Assembly (NCBI GenBank): GCA_035513215.1
Contig: DATKCK010000015.1
Location: forward strand, 27,682 to 91,681
Length of the DNA: 64,000 nucleotides
Origin: Gammaproteobacteria bacterium
GTDB lineage: Bacteria > Pseudomonadota > Gammaproteobacteria > Steroidobacterales > Rariloculaceae
Direction: 5' to 3'
Part shown: positions 21,767-31,586 of the stretch, one piece after another
Numbering within the stretch: position 1 is the first letter of the stretch
How the letters are laid out: every line of letters begins with the position of its first letter
Translations under genes and position numbers: made by a program
The notes under the pieces: generated by a model
Seen by the model: only the letters and a program-made list of their open reading frames with translations
Told to the model about the DNA's origin: nothing
The model's database searches: none

Positions 21767-22921
21767 ATGCCTGAGCCGTCCGCAAATTCGAACACCGCTG
21801 CTCCGGCCGCCGATCCGGCTGCCGGGCCGACCGAGTTCGACGCGTTCATGGCGGCCGCCGTCGACGCGATCGTTGTCATCGAGGCAACCGGCGAGATCGT
21901 CGCCTTCAGCCGTTCGGCCGAGAAGATGTTCGGGTATGCCGCGGCCGAGGTCGTCGGCAAGCAAGTCAGCCTGCTGATGCCGGAACCGTACCGGTCGGCT
22001 CACCCGACGTACATGGAGCACTACCGCGCGACGGGCGTGCCCCACATCATCGGCTCGGGGCGGGAAGTCGAGGCGGTTCGCAGCGACGGCGGCGTTTTCC
22101 CCGTCTGGTTGTCCGTCGGCGAATCGAAGACGGACTCACGGCATCGCTTCGTCGGTATCATCAGGGATCTGACGGAGCAACATGCGGCGGAGTTCGAGCG
22201 ACACGCTCTGGAGACGCGGCTCGAGCAGGTGTCGCGTCTGAGCCTGCTGGGCGAGATGGCAGCCGGTATCGCGCACGAGATCAATCAGCCGCTGACGGCG
22301 ATCGCGAATTATTCCGACGCCGCCCACAGGTTTCTCGAGCGCGGAGATGCCGACGCCGACATGCTGCGTTCCGCCTGTGACGGCATCGCCGAGCAGGTGC
22401 ATCGCGCCGGAGATGTCATCACGAATCTCCGTGACTTCGTGCGCAGGCGCAAGATCGAGAGGAAGAATATCGATCTCCGGAAGCTGATCGACGGAGTCAT
22501 GGTGCTGATCGAAGCCGATGCCGCGCATGAGGGCGTCGCTGTCGAGAAGGACTTCGCCGACGCGCTGCCCGAGATCTCGGGAAACGCCGTGCAGTTGCAG
22601 CAAGTCCTGCTCAACCTGACGCGCAATGCCGTCGATGCGATGAGAGGCGGCCTGCGGCGGCAGAAGAGTCTGAACATCGCGACCGGGAGAAGCGGCGACG
22701 GCAAGGCCGAGATACGCGTTTCCGACCGGGGTCCCGGAGTGTCCGCCAGCCTCGAGGAGGCCATATTCCATCCGTTCTTCACGACGAAGCCGGATGGGCT
22801 CGGCGTGGGTCTTGCCATCAGCCGCTCGATCGTGGACGCTCATGGTGGCGAGCTCAGATACGAGCCCAGGGATGGCGGAGGCGCCACCTTCGTCATCTCA
22901 CTGCCGGCGCTTACGGAATGA
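21767..22921 (+). CDS. fixL: Heme-PAS sensor histidine kinase, FixL-like
   Basis: PAS LMPEPYRSAHPTY...HIIGSGREV matches the FixL heme pocket pattern; H-box AHEINQPL; N-box QQVLLNLTRNA; G-boxes DRGPG, GLGVGLAI. Confidence 0.8.
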   Translation: MPEPSANSNTAAPAADPAAGPTEFDAFMAAAVDAIVVIEATGEIVAFSRSAEKMFGYAAAEVVGKQVSLLMPEPYRSAHPTYMEHYRATGVPHIIGSGREVEAVRSDGGVFPVWLSVGESKTDSRHRFVGIIRDLTEQHAAEFERHALETRLEQVSRLSLLGEMAAGIAHEINQPLTAIANYSDAAHRFLERGDADADMLRSACDGIAEQVHRAGDVITNLRDFVRRRKIERKNIDLRKLIDGVMVLIEADAAHEGVAVEKDFADALPEISGNAVQLQQVLLNLTRNAVDAMRGGLRRQKSLNIATGRSGDGKAEIRVSDRGPGVSASLEEAIFHPFFTTKPDGLGVGLAISRSIVDAHGGELRYEPRDGGGATFVISLPALTE

Positions 22922-23538
22922 ATCAGGCGAGCGAAAAGGAGCAGGGCATCGTCTATGTCGTCGACGACGATCGTGGCGTGCGCGACTCACTCAACCTGCT
23001 GCTCGGATCCGCCGGGATCGTCAGCGAGGCGTTCGAATCGGCCGCAGCGTTTCTTGCCGGTTTCCGGCCCGATCGAATCGGCTGCCTCGTGGCCGACATC
23101 CGAATGCCGGGCATGAGCGGGCTCGAGCTTCAGCAGGAGCTCAACGCGCGCAAGGTCGAGATTCCGATCGTCTTCATCACCGGTCACGGCGACGTGCCGA
23201 TGGCCGTCAACGCCATGAAAGCCGGCGCCGTGGATTTCCTGACCAAGCCGTTCCGCAATCGGGACCTCCTGGATCGAATCGAGGCTGCGCTCGGCAGCGC
23301 CAGGGCCGGGTTTCAGGACCATGAGAAGCTGCGCGAGGCGCGTGCCCGATACGCTGCGCTGACGCCGCGCGAGGCCGAGGTCATGGAGCTCGTCGTCAGC
23401 GGTCTCGCCAACAAGGTCATCGCGATGGATCTTGGCGTCAGTCAGCGTACGGTCGAGCTGCACCGCGCGCGTGTCATGCAGAAGATGGGCGTCCGGTCGC
23501 TGGCCGAGCTCGTGCGGCTGGCCGAGTCGCTGAAGTAG
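22918..23538 (+). CDS. fixJ: Response regulator REC-LuxR HTH, FixJ-like
   Basis: VVDDD, DIRMPGMSG, ITGHGDVPMAV.AMK.GA.DFL.KP, LTPRE...NKVIA...RTVE.HRARVM.K; ATGA overlap with the kinase. Confidence 0.85.
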   Translation: MNQASEKEQGIVYVVDDDRGVRDSLNLLLGSAGIVSEAFESAAAFLAGFRPDRIGCLVADIRMPGMSGLELQQELNARKVEIPIVFITGHGDVPMAVNAMKAGAVDFLTKPFRNRDLLDRIEAALGSARAGFQDHEKLREARARYAALTPREAEVMELVVSGLANKVIAMDLGVSQRTVELHRARVMQKMGVRSLAELVRLAESLK

Positions 23539-23543
23539 CCGCC

Positions 23544-23948
23544 TCAGTTCTGCATCTGCTCGACGAAGTCGGTGATCGCCGCGATACGGCGGCGGGCGGC
23601 CTCGTTGGCGGATTCCGCATTGTCTTCCATCTCGGTGAAGGCTTCGCCCCAGACGGGCATGAGACGGTCGCCGTGCGCGGCCGGCAGATCCCGCCCGTCG
23701 ATGTATTGCATCACGGCGTCGCGCGGGAATCTGCCGTCGGACCGTTCGCGCAGCGTGCGCAGATTGGGAACCGTGATGACCATAGCCGCCGCGACCGGGC
23801 CGTCACCCTCGCCCTGCGGCCCGTGGCAGGACGCGCAATAGCGCGCGAACAGCCTCGCGCCTTCCGCATCCTGCTGACCCAATGCGGTACAGGCCGCCGC
23901 GAGCATGACCGCCAGAATTGCCAACGCCGGCATCGTTCGTTGCGCCAT
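23544..23948 (-). CDS. Exported monoheme cytochrome c
   Basis: Signal peptide, CASCHG, GDGPVA, MPVWG distal Met. Confidence 0.88.
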   Translation of the reverse strand: MAQRTMPALAILAVMLAAACTALGQQDAEGARLFARYCASCHGPQGEGDGPVAAAMVITVPNLRTLRERSDGRFPRDAVMQYIDGRDLPAAHGDRLMPVWGEAFTEMEDNAESANEAARRRIAAITDFVEQMQN

Positions 23949-24004
23949 GTTTTCAAATACCTCCGCGACTTGTTACCGTTGCCCTTTGACAGAGGAAGCT
24001 TAAA

Positions 24005-24340
24005 GTGAACCTGGCCGATCAACAATGCATACCCTGTCGAGGCGGCGTGCCGCCGCTTTCGTCCGATCGCGCGAACCAGCTCCTCGCCGAGCTGGCAGAC
24101 GGCTGGCAGCTCAATGACGCGGGACACCTCTCGCGCGAGTTCAAGTTCAAGAACTTCGTCGAGGCTTTGGCATTCGCCAATCGAATCGGGGACATCGCCG
24201 AGGAGCAGGCGCATCACCCGGACCTCTATGTCGCCTGGGGCCGGTGCCGCGTCGAGATCTGGACGCACAAGATCGACGGCCTGACCGAGAGCGACTTCTA
24301 CCTGGCCGCGAAGGTCAGTCGCGCGTCGGGAGAACGTTAG
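24005..24340 (+). CDS. phhB: Pterin-4a-carbinolamine dehydratase
   Basis: C.PC.GG, F.FKNF, AE...HHPDL, IWTHKIDGLTESDF.LAAK. Confidence 0.92.
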   Translation: MNLADQQCIPCRGGVPPLSSDRANQLLAELADGWQLNDAGHLSREFKFKNFVEALAFANRIGDIAEEQAHHPDLYVAWGRCRVEIWTHKIDGLTESDFYLAAKVSRASGER

Positions 24341-24381
24341 GGTCAGACCCCATTTCCCTCATGGGAAATGGGGTCTGACCC
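24340..24381. repeat. REP-like palindrome copy 1 (19-bp perfect stem, 4-nt loop)
   Basis: GGGTCAGACCCCATTTCCC-TCAT-GGGAAATGGGGTCTGACCC between convergent genes. Confidence 0.9.
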
Positions 24382-24419
24382 CGTCTTCGACCCGTCTTCG
24401 GCCCCCAACGCCCCAGCGC

Positions 24420-26045
24420 TCACGTCAGGTAGGCATAGATCATCGCAATCACGCCAAGGACGCTGGCGAGCAGGATGCTGTGCTTGAAGGTGAACCGGAA
24501 GAGGTCGCCTTCCTGAGAGCGCGACATGCCCGTCGCGGCGACGGCGACGGCGAGGCTCTGCAAGCTGATCATCTTGCCCATGACGCCGCCGGCCGAGTTC
24601 GACGCGGCCATGACGTTGGGATCGAGGCCGAGCTCATTGGCCGTGACGACCTGCAGGTTGCCGAAGAGCGCATTCGCCGACGTGTCGCTGCCGGTCAGGA
24701 ATACGCCGAGCCAGCCGAGGATCGCGCTGAAGAATGGAAACATGACGCCCGTGGTGGCAAAGGCCAGGCCAAGCGTCACCGTGGCGCCGGAGTAGTTCAT
24801 CAGGAAGGCCAGCCCGACGATGGCGCCGATCGTGAGCAGCGAGAACGCGAGCTGCCTGAGCACGGAGCCGAGCAGTCTGACGTAGCGCGTGAGCGGGAAG
24901 CGCAGCACGATCGCACCGCAGATCGTCGCGAGCGCGCAGGCAGTACCGGCGGCCGAGAGCCAGTTGATGTTGTAAGTCGCGGGATAGGGTGCCGCGACGT
25001 CGACGGCCGGCGGTATGCGCGTGACGACCTCGTGCAGCCCGGGCCACGGAACGGCGATCAGCCCGAGATCGGCTTGGGTCCACTGGAACAGGTTGCCGTT
25101 CAGGACGCCGCTGCCCCAGAGCAGCACGAAAATGACGAGGAAGATATAGGGCGACCACGCCGTGACGACGGGCCCGAAGCCGTGGCGCTTGATCTCGATG
25201 ACGGCCGTCGATTCGCCTTCCATGTGGAACTCGTCGGACGGTTGCCAGACCTTGAACAGAATCACGAGCCCGATGATGGCCGTCAGCGCCGCGACGATGT
25301 CGACGAGCTGCGGGCCGACCGCGGCCGACATGAAAAGCTGCATGCCGGCGAAGCAGACGCCGCAGACGATCGCGGCCGGGATCACGCCCTTGAGTGCCTT
25401 GAAGCCGCCCATGACCATGACGAGATAGGCCGGGATGAACACCGAGACCGGCGCGCAGAACCGGCCGACCCACGTGCTCAGCGTCAGCTCGTCGAGCCCG
25501 GTGACCTCCGCGAGGGTCGTGACCGGAATGCCGATCGAGCCGAAGGCGACAGGTGCGGTATTGGCGAGCAGGCAGATACCGGCGGCGAAGAACGGGGAAA
25601 ACCCGAGACCGGTCATCATGGCGGCCGCAACGGCGACAGGCGTCCCGAAGCCGGCCGCCCCCTCGATGAATGCGCCGAGCGCAAATGCGATCAGCATCGC
25701 CTGCAGGCGGCGGTCCGTCGTGAGTCCGCCGATCGAATCCTTGATGATTTCGAACTGGCCTGTCTCGACGGTCAGGCGGTAGAGCACGACGGCCCAGAAA
25801 ACGATCCAGCCGATAGGGAACCAGCCGAAGGCGGCGCCCAGCGCTGCCGAGCTCACGGCCGTTTCGGCCGGCATGCCGTATACGCCGATTGCGATCACGA
25901 AGCCAACGGCAAGCCCGGTCAGTGCCGAGATCCAGGCCGGCTTGCGCAGGACACCGATCATCAGCAGCAGAACCAGTATCGGCATTGCCGCCGCGAGCGT
26001 GGACCAGCCGAGACTGTCCGCAATCGGTGTATAGACTTGTTCCAT
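24420..26045 (-). CDS. L-lactate/glycolate permease (LctP/GlcA family)
   Basis: Polytopic membrane protein; FIEGAAGFGTP, ANTAPVAFGSIG, FLTGSDTSANALFG, GKMISLQS. Confidence 0.92.
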   Translation of the reverse strand: MEQVYTPIADSLGWSTLAAAMPILVLLLMIGVLRKPAWISALTGLAVGFVIAIGVYGMPAETAVSSAALGAAFGWFPIGWIVFWAVVLYRLTVETGQFEIIKDSIGGLTTDRRLQAMLIAFALGAFIEGAAGFGTPVAVAAAMMTGLGFSPFFAAGICLLANTAPVAFGSIGIPVTTLAEVTGLDELTLSTWVGRFCAPVSVFIPAYLVMVMGGFKALKGVIPAAIVCGVCFAGMQLFMSAAVGPQLVDIVAALTAIIGLVILFKVWQPSDEFHMEGESTAVIEIKRHGFGPVVTAWSPYIFLVIFVLLWGSGVLNGNLFQWTQADLGLIAVPWPGLHEVVTRIPPAVDVAAPYPATYNINWLSAAGTACALATICGAIVLRFPLTRYVRLLGSVLRQLAFSLLTIGAIVGLAFLMNYSGATVTLGLAFATTGVMFPFFSAILGWLGVFLTGSDTSANALFGNLQVVTANELGLDPNVMAASNSAGGVMGKMISLQSLAVAVAATGMSRSQEGDLFRFTFKHSILLASVLGVIAMIYAYLT

Positions 26046-26096
26046 GAAGAATCTCCGTTCTTGTTGTTATCGAGCCCGGCGCCCGAAGGCGGCGGC

Positions 26097-26747
26097 CTAG
26101 AAAGCCGCGCTGTAATCGATCATGTCGTCGAAGTAGCCCGTAACCGTCAGCGTCACCGTCACGGGGTGATCCTCGAGGTTGACCCAGTACCAGCCGTGCT
26201 CGCCCGAGAACGGTGCGACGAGGGACCCGTGCCCGCCCGAAGAACCGCGCTGGTCCTCCTGGTAGCGAACCCAGAAATCTTCTCCGAATTCAGGTGTATG
26301 TCCATGAAAATCCGAGTAAATGACACCCTCATCAACGCTCCAGGAATAGGCGATCATCTGATTCTCACGCAGCACGGCCTTGACCTCGGTCTCGGCGCCC
26401 GGCTCGAGCTCCACCGTCATCGTGCGCGTTTGCGGCGCGGCGTCGCCCGGCTGATGCACGTTCGGGTTCGGCAGCGGCACGGGGTCGCCGAAGTCCGGAA
26501 TCTCGACCTCCCTGAGCGTTTCGTTGCCGCCGACGACGTCGGTGATCTGGATCGTCTGGGTCGGTGCCGTGCTCATGCCGGTGATGCCGAGCAGCCCGCC
26601 GATGCCGGTCGGGTCGCGGCCGTACTCGGCCGGCCAGATGACGATCACGAGCACGATGAGTGCCGCCAACAGCGCGGCAACGGTGCCGATCAGTATGCTT
26701 TTCCCGCTCGGCGGCTCAAAGCGACCTGGCGCCGATGATCCCGACAT
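26097..26747 (-). CDS. Membrane-anchored hypothetical protein (PAEYG.DPTG.G family)
   Basis: One N-terminal TM helix, WPAEYGRDPTGIGGLLG, C-terminal DFHGH and GEHGWYW. Confidence 0.75.
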   Translation of the reverse strand: MSGSSAPGRFEPPSGKSILIGTVAALLAALIVLVIVIWPAEYGRDPTGIGGLLGITGMSTAPTQTIQITDVVGGNETLREVEIPDFGDPVPLPNPNVHQPGDAAPQTRTMTVELEPGAETEVKAVLRENQMIAYSWSVDEGVIYSDFHGHTPEFGEDFWVRYQEDQRGSSGGHGSLVAPFSGEHGWYWVNLEDHPVTVTLTVTGYFDDMIDYSAAF

Positions 26748-26813
26748 GGTTCGAGTCTCCCCCGGATTGAGCCCCGACAGTGTACCTGAAACGTGCGCGC
26801 CCCGGCGGTCTCG

Positions 26814-27539
26814 CTAGAGGTTGGCGGCGGCGACGGCGAGCCCGGCGAGAAGCGCGCCCGCGAGCGGACCGACGACGGGAACGGCGGCATAGTCCCAGCC
26901 CGAGTTGCCCTTGCCCGCGATCGGCAGGATCGCATGCATGATGCGGGGCCCGAGATCGCGCGCGGGATTGATCGCGTAACCCGTGGGCCCCCCGAGCGAG
27001 AGCCCGATGCCCCAGACGAGCAGGCCGACGAGCAGGGGCCCGAAGCCCGGCATCAGGCCGTCCGGGGCGAGGCGGCCCGAGAAGATCACCGAGGCCACGA
27101 AGACCAGCACGAAAGTCCCGATGACCTCACTGAGCAGGTTCATCGGGATATGCCGAATGGCCGGCGCCGTGCAAAAGCAGCCCCGCTTGGCGGCCCAGTC
27201 CTCGGTTTCGCGCCAGTGCGGCATGTAGTGGAGCCAGACGAGGAGGGCGCCGAGCATTGCGCCGAGCATCTGCGCCGAGATGTAGAGCGGCGCCTGGCTC
27301 CAGTCGCCGGTTGCGATGCTGACGCCGACGGTAATGGCCGGGTTGATGTGCGCGTCGCTGCCCAGCACGAGCGCCACGAGCACGCCGCAGATCACGGCAA
27401 AGCCCCAGCCCGTCGTGACGACCATCCAGCCCGAGCCTTCGCCGTAGGACTTCTTCAGCAGGACGCAGGCGACGACGCCGTTGCCGAGCAGAATCAGCAC
27501 GAGCGTGCCGAACATTTCCCCCAGGAATTCCGGATTCAT
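26814..27539 (-). CDS. glpF: Glycerol uptake facilitator (MIP family)
   Basis: AHINPA and [15 protein letters not shown] motifs; ATG 27539 overlaps the glpK stop. Confidence 0.93.
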   Translation of the reverse strand: MNPEFLGEMFGTLVLILLGNGVVACVLLKKSYGEGSGWMVVTTGWGFAVICGVLVALVLGSDAHINPAITVGVSIATGDWSQAPLYISAQMLGAMLGALLVWLHYMPHWRETEDWAAKRGCFCTAPAIRHIPMNLLSEVIGTFVLVFVASVIFSGRLAPDGLMPGFGPLLVGLLVWGIGLSLGGPTGYAINPARDLGPRIMHAILPIAGKGNSGWDYAAVPVVGPLAGALLAGLAVAAANL

Positions 27540-29035
27540 TCGATCCAACCTCGCGACTTGTCTACTGCGCGCCGCCAGCTCGCAAGGAGCCGGGCGCGCC
27601 GATCGGAATTCATGCCGGGCTCGATGCGCCGATCCATGGCCCAGTGCTCGCGCAAGGCGTCGGTATCGCGCCAGTAGCCGACCTCGAGACCCGCGGCATA
27701 GGCGGCCCCGAGCGCCGTCGTCTCGGCCACCTTCGGGATCACGACGGGCACGCCGAGCACATCGGCCTGAAACTGCATCAGGAGATCGTTCGCGACCATG
27801 CCGCCATCGACGCGAAGCTCGGTCAGCGCAATCCCGGAGTCCTCGGCCATGGCGGCGGCGACCTCCTGAGTCTGAAACGCCGTCGCCTCGAGGGCCGCAC
27901 GCGCGATGTGGCCCTTGTTCGCGTATCGGGTCAGGCCCGCGATGATGCCGCGCGCGCTCGAATCCCAGTGCGGCGCATAGAGCCCGGAGAACGCGGGCAC
28001 GAAATAGACGTCGCCGTTGTCGTCGACCTGACGCGCAAGCGTCTCGATATCGCGGCTCTTCTCGATGAGGCCGAGATTGTCCCTGAGCCATTGCACGAGC
28101 GCGCCCGTGATCGCGACCGACCCCTCGAGCGCGTAATGCGCGGGGGCCTCGCCGAAGCGGTAGGCGACGGTCGTCAGGAGGCCGGCGCTCGATTGCACGG
28201 CGTCCCGGCCCGTGTTGAGCAGCAGGAAGCAGCCCGTGCCATAGGTGTTTTTCGCCTCGCCGGGCTCGAAGCAGGTCTGGCCGACGAGCGCGGCCTGCTG
28301 GTCGCCGAGAACGCCCGCGATCGGGATGCCGGCGAGCGGCTCGACCGACGCTTCACCATAGCTCGCGCTCGACGGCAGGATCTCGGGCAGCACGGATGCC
28401 GGAATGCCGATCGCATCGAGCAGGTCCGGATCGAAGGCGAGCGTTTCGAGATCCATCAGTTGCGTCCGGCTCGCATTGGTGACGTCCGTGGCGTGCCGGC
28501 CGCCGTCGGGCCCGCCGGTCAGATTAAAGATGAGCCAGCTGTCGATCGTGCCGAAGGCGAGCTCGCCGGCTTCGGCCCTGGCTCTTGCGCCCGGCACGTT
28601 GTCGAGCAGCCACCGGAGCTTGAGCCCGCTGAAGTAGCTCGCGAGCGGCAGTCCCGTCTTCGCTCGAAACCGGTCCTGGCCGCCGGCGGCGGCAAACTCC
28701 CTGACGAGAGGCTCGACTCGCGTGTCCTGCCAGACCAGCGCGTTGTGGAGCGGCTCGCCGGTCCTGCGGTCCCAGAGCACCGTCGTCTCGCGCTGATTCG
28801 TGATGCCGATCGCGGCGATGTCCTTCGACGTGACCCCGGCCTGATCGAACGCGTGGCCTGCGACCTCGAGCGTGTTGCGCCAGATTTCGTTGGCGTCGTG
28901 CTCGACCCAGCCCGGTTTCGGGAAGATCTGCTCGTGCTCTTTCTGGCCGACGGCGACGCTCGTGCCATCGGCATCGAAAAGAATGAGCCGGGTGCTCGTC
29001 GTGCCCTGGTCGATCGCGGCGATGTATCGCGTCAT
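27536..29035 (-). CDS. glpK: Glycerol kinase
   Basis: [60 protein letters not shown]; start ATG 29035. Confidence 0.97.
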   Translation of the reverse strand: MTRYIAAIDQGTTSTRLILFDADGTSVAVGQKEHEQIFPKPGWVEHDANEIWRNTLEVAGHAFDQAGVTSKDIAAIGITNQRETTVLWDRRTGEPLHNALVWQDTRVEPLVREFAAAGGQDRFRAKTGLPLASYFSGLKLRWLLDNVPGARARAEAGELAFGTIDSWLIFNLTGGPDGGRHATDVTNASRTQLMDLETLAFDPDLLDAIGIPASVLPEILPSSASYGEASVEPLAGIPIAGVLGDQQAALVGQTCFEPGEAKNTYGTGCFLLLNTGRDAVQSSAGLLTTVAYRFGEAPAHYALEGSVAITGALVQWLRDNLGLIEKSRDIETLARQVDDNGDVYFVPAFSGLYAPHWDSSARGIIAGLTRYANKGHIARAALEATAFQTQEVAAAMAEDSGIALTELRVDGGMVANDLLMQFQADVLGVPVVIPKVAETTALGAAYAAGLEVGYWRDTDALREHWAMDRRIEPGMNSDRRARLLASWRRAVDKSRGWIE

Positions 29036-29087
29036 GTCGGTTCTTTTTCTTTCCGATTCTAGCAACAGAAGGCGAGAATACGCACCC

Positions 29088-29801
29088 ATGAACGATAATG
29101 AATGGACGACCGGCGCTGGACCCGGTACAAACTGGGAGCTCGCGATATTTGACTGCGACGGCGTGCTCGTCGACACCGAGGCGCTGACGCATCGCGTGCT
29201 GATCGACGCGCTGGCCGGGCTCGGCATCGATCTCGACCTCGAACGCGCGTTCGGCCTGTTCATGGGCAATACACCGCGGCAGAACATCGACGTCATCGAG
29301 GGGCTTCTCGGCGGTCCCCTGCCGGAAGGCTTCTTCGAGCAATGGCGCGAGCAGCTCTACGGGCGCTTTCGCTCGGAGCCCGTTCGCCCGGTTGCCGGCG
29401 TGGAGGCCGTGCTCGATCGTCTAACGATGCCGGTTTGCGTCGTCTCGAACGGGCCGTTTCGCAAGATGCAGACCTCGCTCGGCGTAAGCGGCCTGCTCGA
29501 TCGGTTTCGGGAGCGGCTCTATTCGTCCGAGTCGGGCCTGCCCGGCAAGCCGGCGCCGGACCTGTTCCTGGCCGCGGCGCATGACTTCGGCGCCGCGCCC
29601 GCACGAACCTTCGTCGTTGAGGACTCGCCGCAAGGCGTCGCCGGGGCCGTCGCCGCCGGCATGACGGTGTTCGGCTACGCCGGTGCTGACCACGTCGAAG
29701 CGGCCGAGCTCGAGGCGGCCGGCGCGATCGTGTTTTCCGACATGAGTGAGCTGCCGGGCCTGATCGAACGAGGCGTTTCGACCGTCGCGATCAGCCGGTA
29801 A
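29088..29801 (+). CDS. HAD-superfamily hydrolase
   Basis: [33 protein letters not shown]. Confidence 0.9.
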   Translation: MNDNEWTTGAGPGTNWELAIFDCDGVLVDTEALTHRVLIDALAGLGIDLDLERAFGLFMGNTPRQNIDVIEGLLGGPLPEGFFEQWREQLYGRFRSEPVRPVAGVEAVLDRLTMPVCVVSNGPFRKMQTSLGVSGLLDRFRERLYSSESGLPGKPAPDLFLAAAHDFGAAPARTFVVEDSPQGVAGAVAAGMTVFGYAGADHVEAAELEAAGAIVFSDMSELPGLIERGVSTVAISR

Positions 29802-29891
29802 TCGGAACTTTCCGGCCGATTTCAAGCGACCTCTGAAAAGCGTATAGTCGGGACAGTCGGGTTTCAGACCCGCGCGGGAGGAACGGTTCTC

Positions 29892-31259
29892 ATGAAGCGC
29901 ATCGCGCACCTGGTAGCAGTGGTTATCGCTGTCGTGCCGGGCGCGGCGGGCGCCCAGAGCTGGTCCGAGCTCCACACGCTGACGTTCATTCCGGCCGGTC
30001 TTGCGCGTTCGACCGCAGCTGAGCCCGTGGGCAGCGCTGGGGGCGTGTCGGGCGAGCCGTCCGATGAATCGCCGGACCCGTCGCCCGAGCGCGTCATTGC
30101 GAGGATTCAGGCGGCAGGCGCCGCCATCGAAGCGGAACGCGCGGCCAATGGCGAGAATTCCATCGAGCTGGTCCCGCTGTTCGAATCTCTTGCTGACATT
30201 TACCTCGAAGTCAGCGGCTACGGTGACGCGATCGCGGCCCTCGAGCAGGCGCAGCAGGTCATCCGCCGCCATCACGGGCTGTATTCGCTCGATCAGGCGA
30301 GGCCGATCGAGCGGATCATCGAGATCGAGATGAGCCTCAGGCCGAGCGAGGAGTCGATCGAGCTCGAGTCCTATCTGCGCGAGCTGGTCCAGCGCAATCC
30401 GGGCGATCCGCGCAACCCCGAGATTCTGACGAAAATGGCGGGGCGGCAAATGGAAGTCGCCCGCCACGTGCTGATCCACGGTGTGCCGCCCCAGTTCAGC
30501 CTCAACGTCAACGTGGGGGTCGGGCCGAGCTTGCCTGGTGTCTCCTCGCGCCGGACGACGCGCTCGGTGGCAGCCTCGATGCTGCGGCAGGCGCGCTTCA
30601 ACTACGGCTCGGCGATACTAACGGCAATGTTCGACGATCAGGCCAGCCTGTCGCAGCTATTCGAGCTCGAAGACAGCATCATAGACAGCTATTACTTCGA
30701 ACTGATGAACCCCGGCTTGAACGACGGCGGCTCCTCGTATTGGGGGAATGCCGGACGCCTGTACTCGGGGGCGATCAGAGCGCTCGGGGCGAGGCTCAGG
30801 AACATCAGGAACTATTCCGGCGCGCCGGAGGCCGTAGCCGCGGCGCTGATCGAGACGGCCGACTGGCATCTGATGTTCGGGTCTTTCGGGCGTGCCATGG
30901 GTATCTACGAGCAAGCGCTCGCTGATATTCGGGCCGAGGGCGCCGGCGAAGAACGGATTACCGCCATGTTCTCGCCCGAGCAGCCCGTGCCCTTGCCCGC
31001 AGTCGCATCGAACGCCAACGTTTTCCATGCGCTCCGCGACGTGCAGGGTTACTTCGATGTCGAGATCGAGATCAATCGCTTCGGCGGCGTCCGCGATGTG
31101 ACGATCACCGGACGGTCGCCGAATGCCTCCGATTCCATCGAGCGGCGCCTGAGGAAGTTCGTCTACCAGAGCCGTTTCAGACCGCGTTACGTCGACGGCG
31201 AATGGCTGACGACAGATCGCTTCGCGATGCGTTACGAGTTCGGTTATTCGAGCTCCTAG
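29892..31259 (+). CDS. Exported helical-repeat (TPR-like) protein with C-terminal TonB_C-like domain
   Basis: Signal peptide; A-x3-L..A helical repeats; C-terminal GYFDVEIEINRFGGVRDV...SRFRPRYVDG. Confidence 0.65.
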   Translation: MKRIAHLVAVVIAVVPGAAGAQSWSELHTLTFIPAGLARSTAAEPVGSAGGVSGEPSDESPDPSPERVIARIQAAGAAIEAERAANGENSIELVPLFESLADIYLEVSGYGDAIAALEQAQQVIRRHHGLYSLDQARPIERIIEIEMSLRPSEESIELESYLRELVQRNPGDPRNPEILTKMAGRQMEVARHVLIHGVPPQFSLNVNVGVGPSLPGVSSRRTTRSVAASMLRQARFNYGSAILTAMFDDQASLSQLFELEDSIIDSYYFELMNPGLNDGGSSYWGNAGRLYSGAIRALGARLRNIRNYSGAPEAVAAALIETADWHLMFGSFGRAMGIYEQALADIRAEGAGEERITAMFSPEQPVPLPAVASNANVFHALRDVQGYFDVEIEINRFGGVRDVTITGRSPNASDSIERRLRKFVYQSRFRPRYVDGEWLTTDRFAMRYEFGYSSS

Positions 31260-31344
31260 GCGCGCCCGCAGCACAGGCGGGGCGACCGAGGCGGCACCTG
31301 ACCGGGCCGGCCCCGAGGCCACGCCACCGCACCGGACCCATGCA

Positions 31345-31373
31345 ATTGACAATCAATCTCATTCGTATATGCT
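31345..31373 (+). promoter_or_regulatory. Sigma70-like promoter of bfd (TTGACA 31346-31351, TATGCT 31368-31373) overlapped by a Fur-box-like site (31345-31363)
   Basis: Reverse complement AATGAGATTGATTGTCAAT matches AATGATAATCATTATCATT at 14 of 19 positions by hand count; AT-rich island upstream of an iron gene. Confidence 0.65.
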
Positions 31374-31379
31374 GGGCCC

Positions 31380-31586
31380 ATGTACATTTGCATCTGCAAC
31401 GGTCACCGGGACAGCGACATCCGCGCCAAGGCAGCCGAGGGCTTGCGCTGTGCGCGGGAGATCTACCGCCATCTCGGGAAACCGGCCCGCTGTGGCCGTT
31501 GCCTGGATCTCGCCGCCCGGGTCGTCGACGAGGTCCACGAGTCGCTGGCAGGCGCTCAGTCGCCGGCAGGCGAGCTTTGTAGCTGA
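31380..31586 (+). CDS. bfd: Bacterioferritin-associated ferredoxin
   Basis: MYICICN...CGRC 2Fe-2S Cys pattern, 68 aa, adjacent to bfr. Confidence 0.9.
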   Translation: MYICICNGHRDSDIRAKAAEGLRCAREIYRHLGKPARCGRCLDLAARVVDEVHESLAGAQSPAGELCS

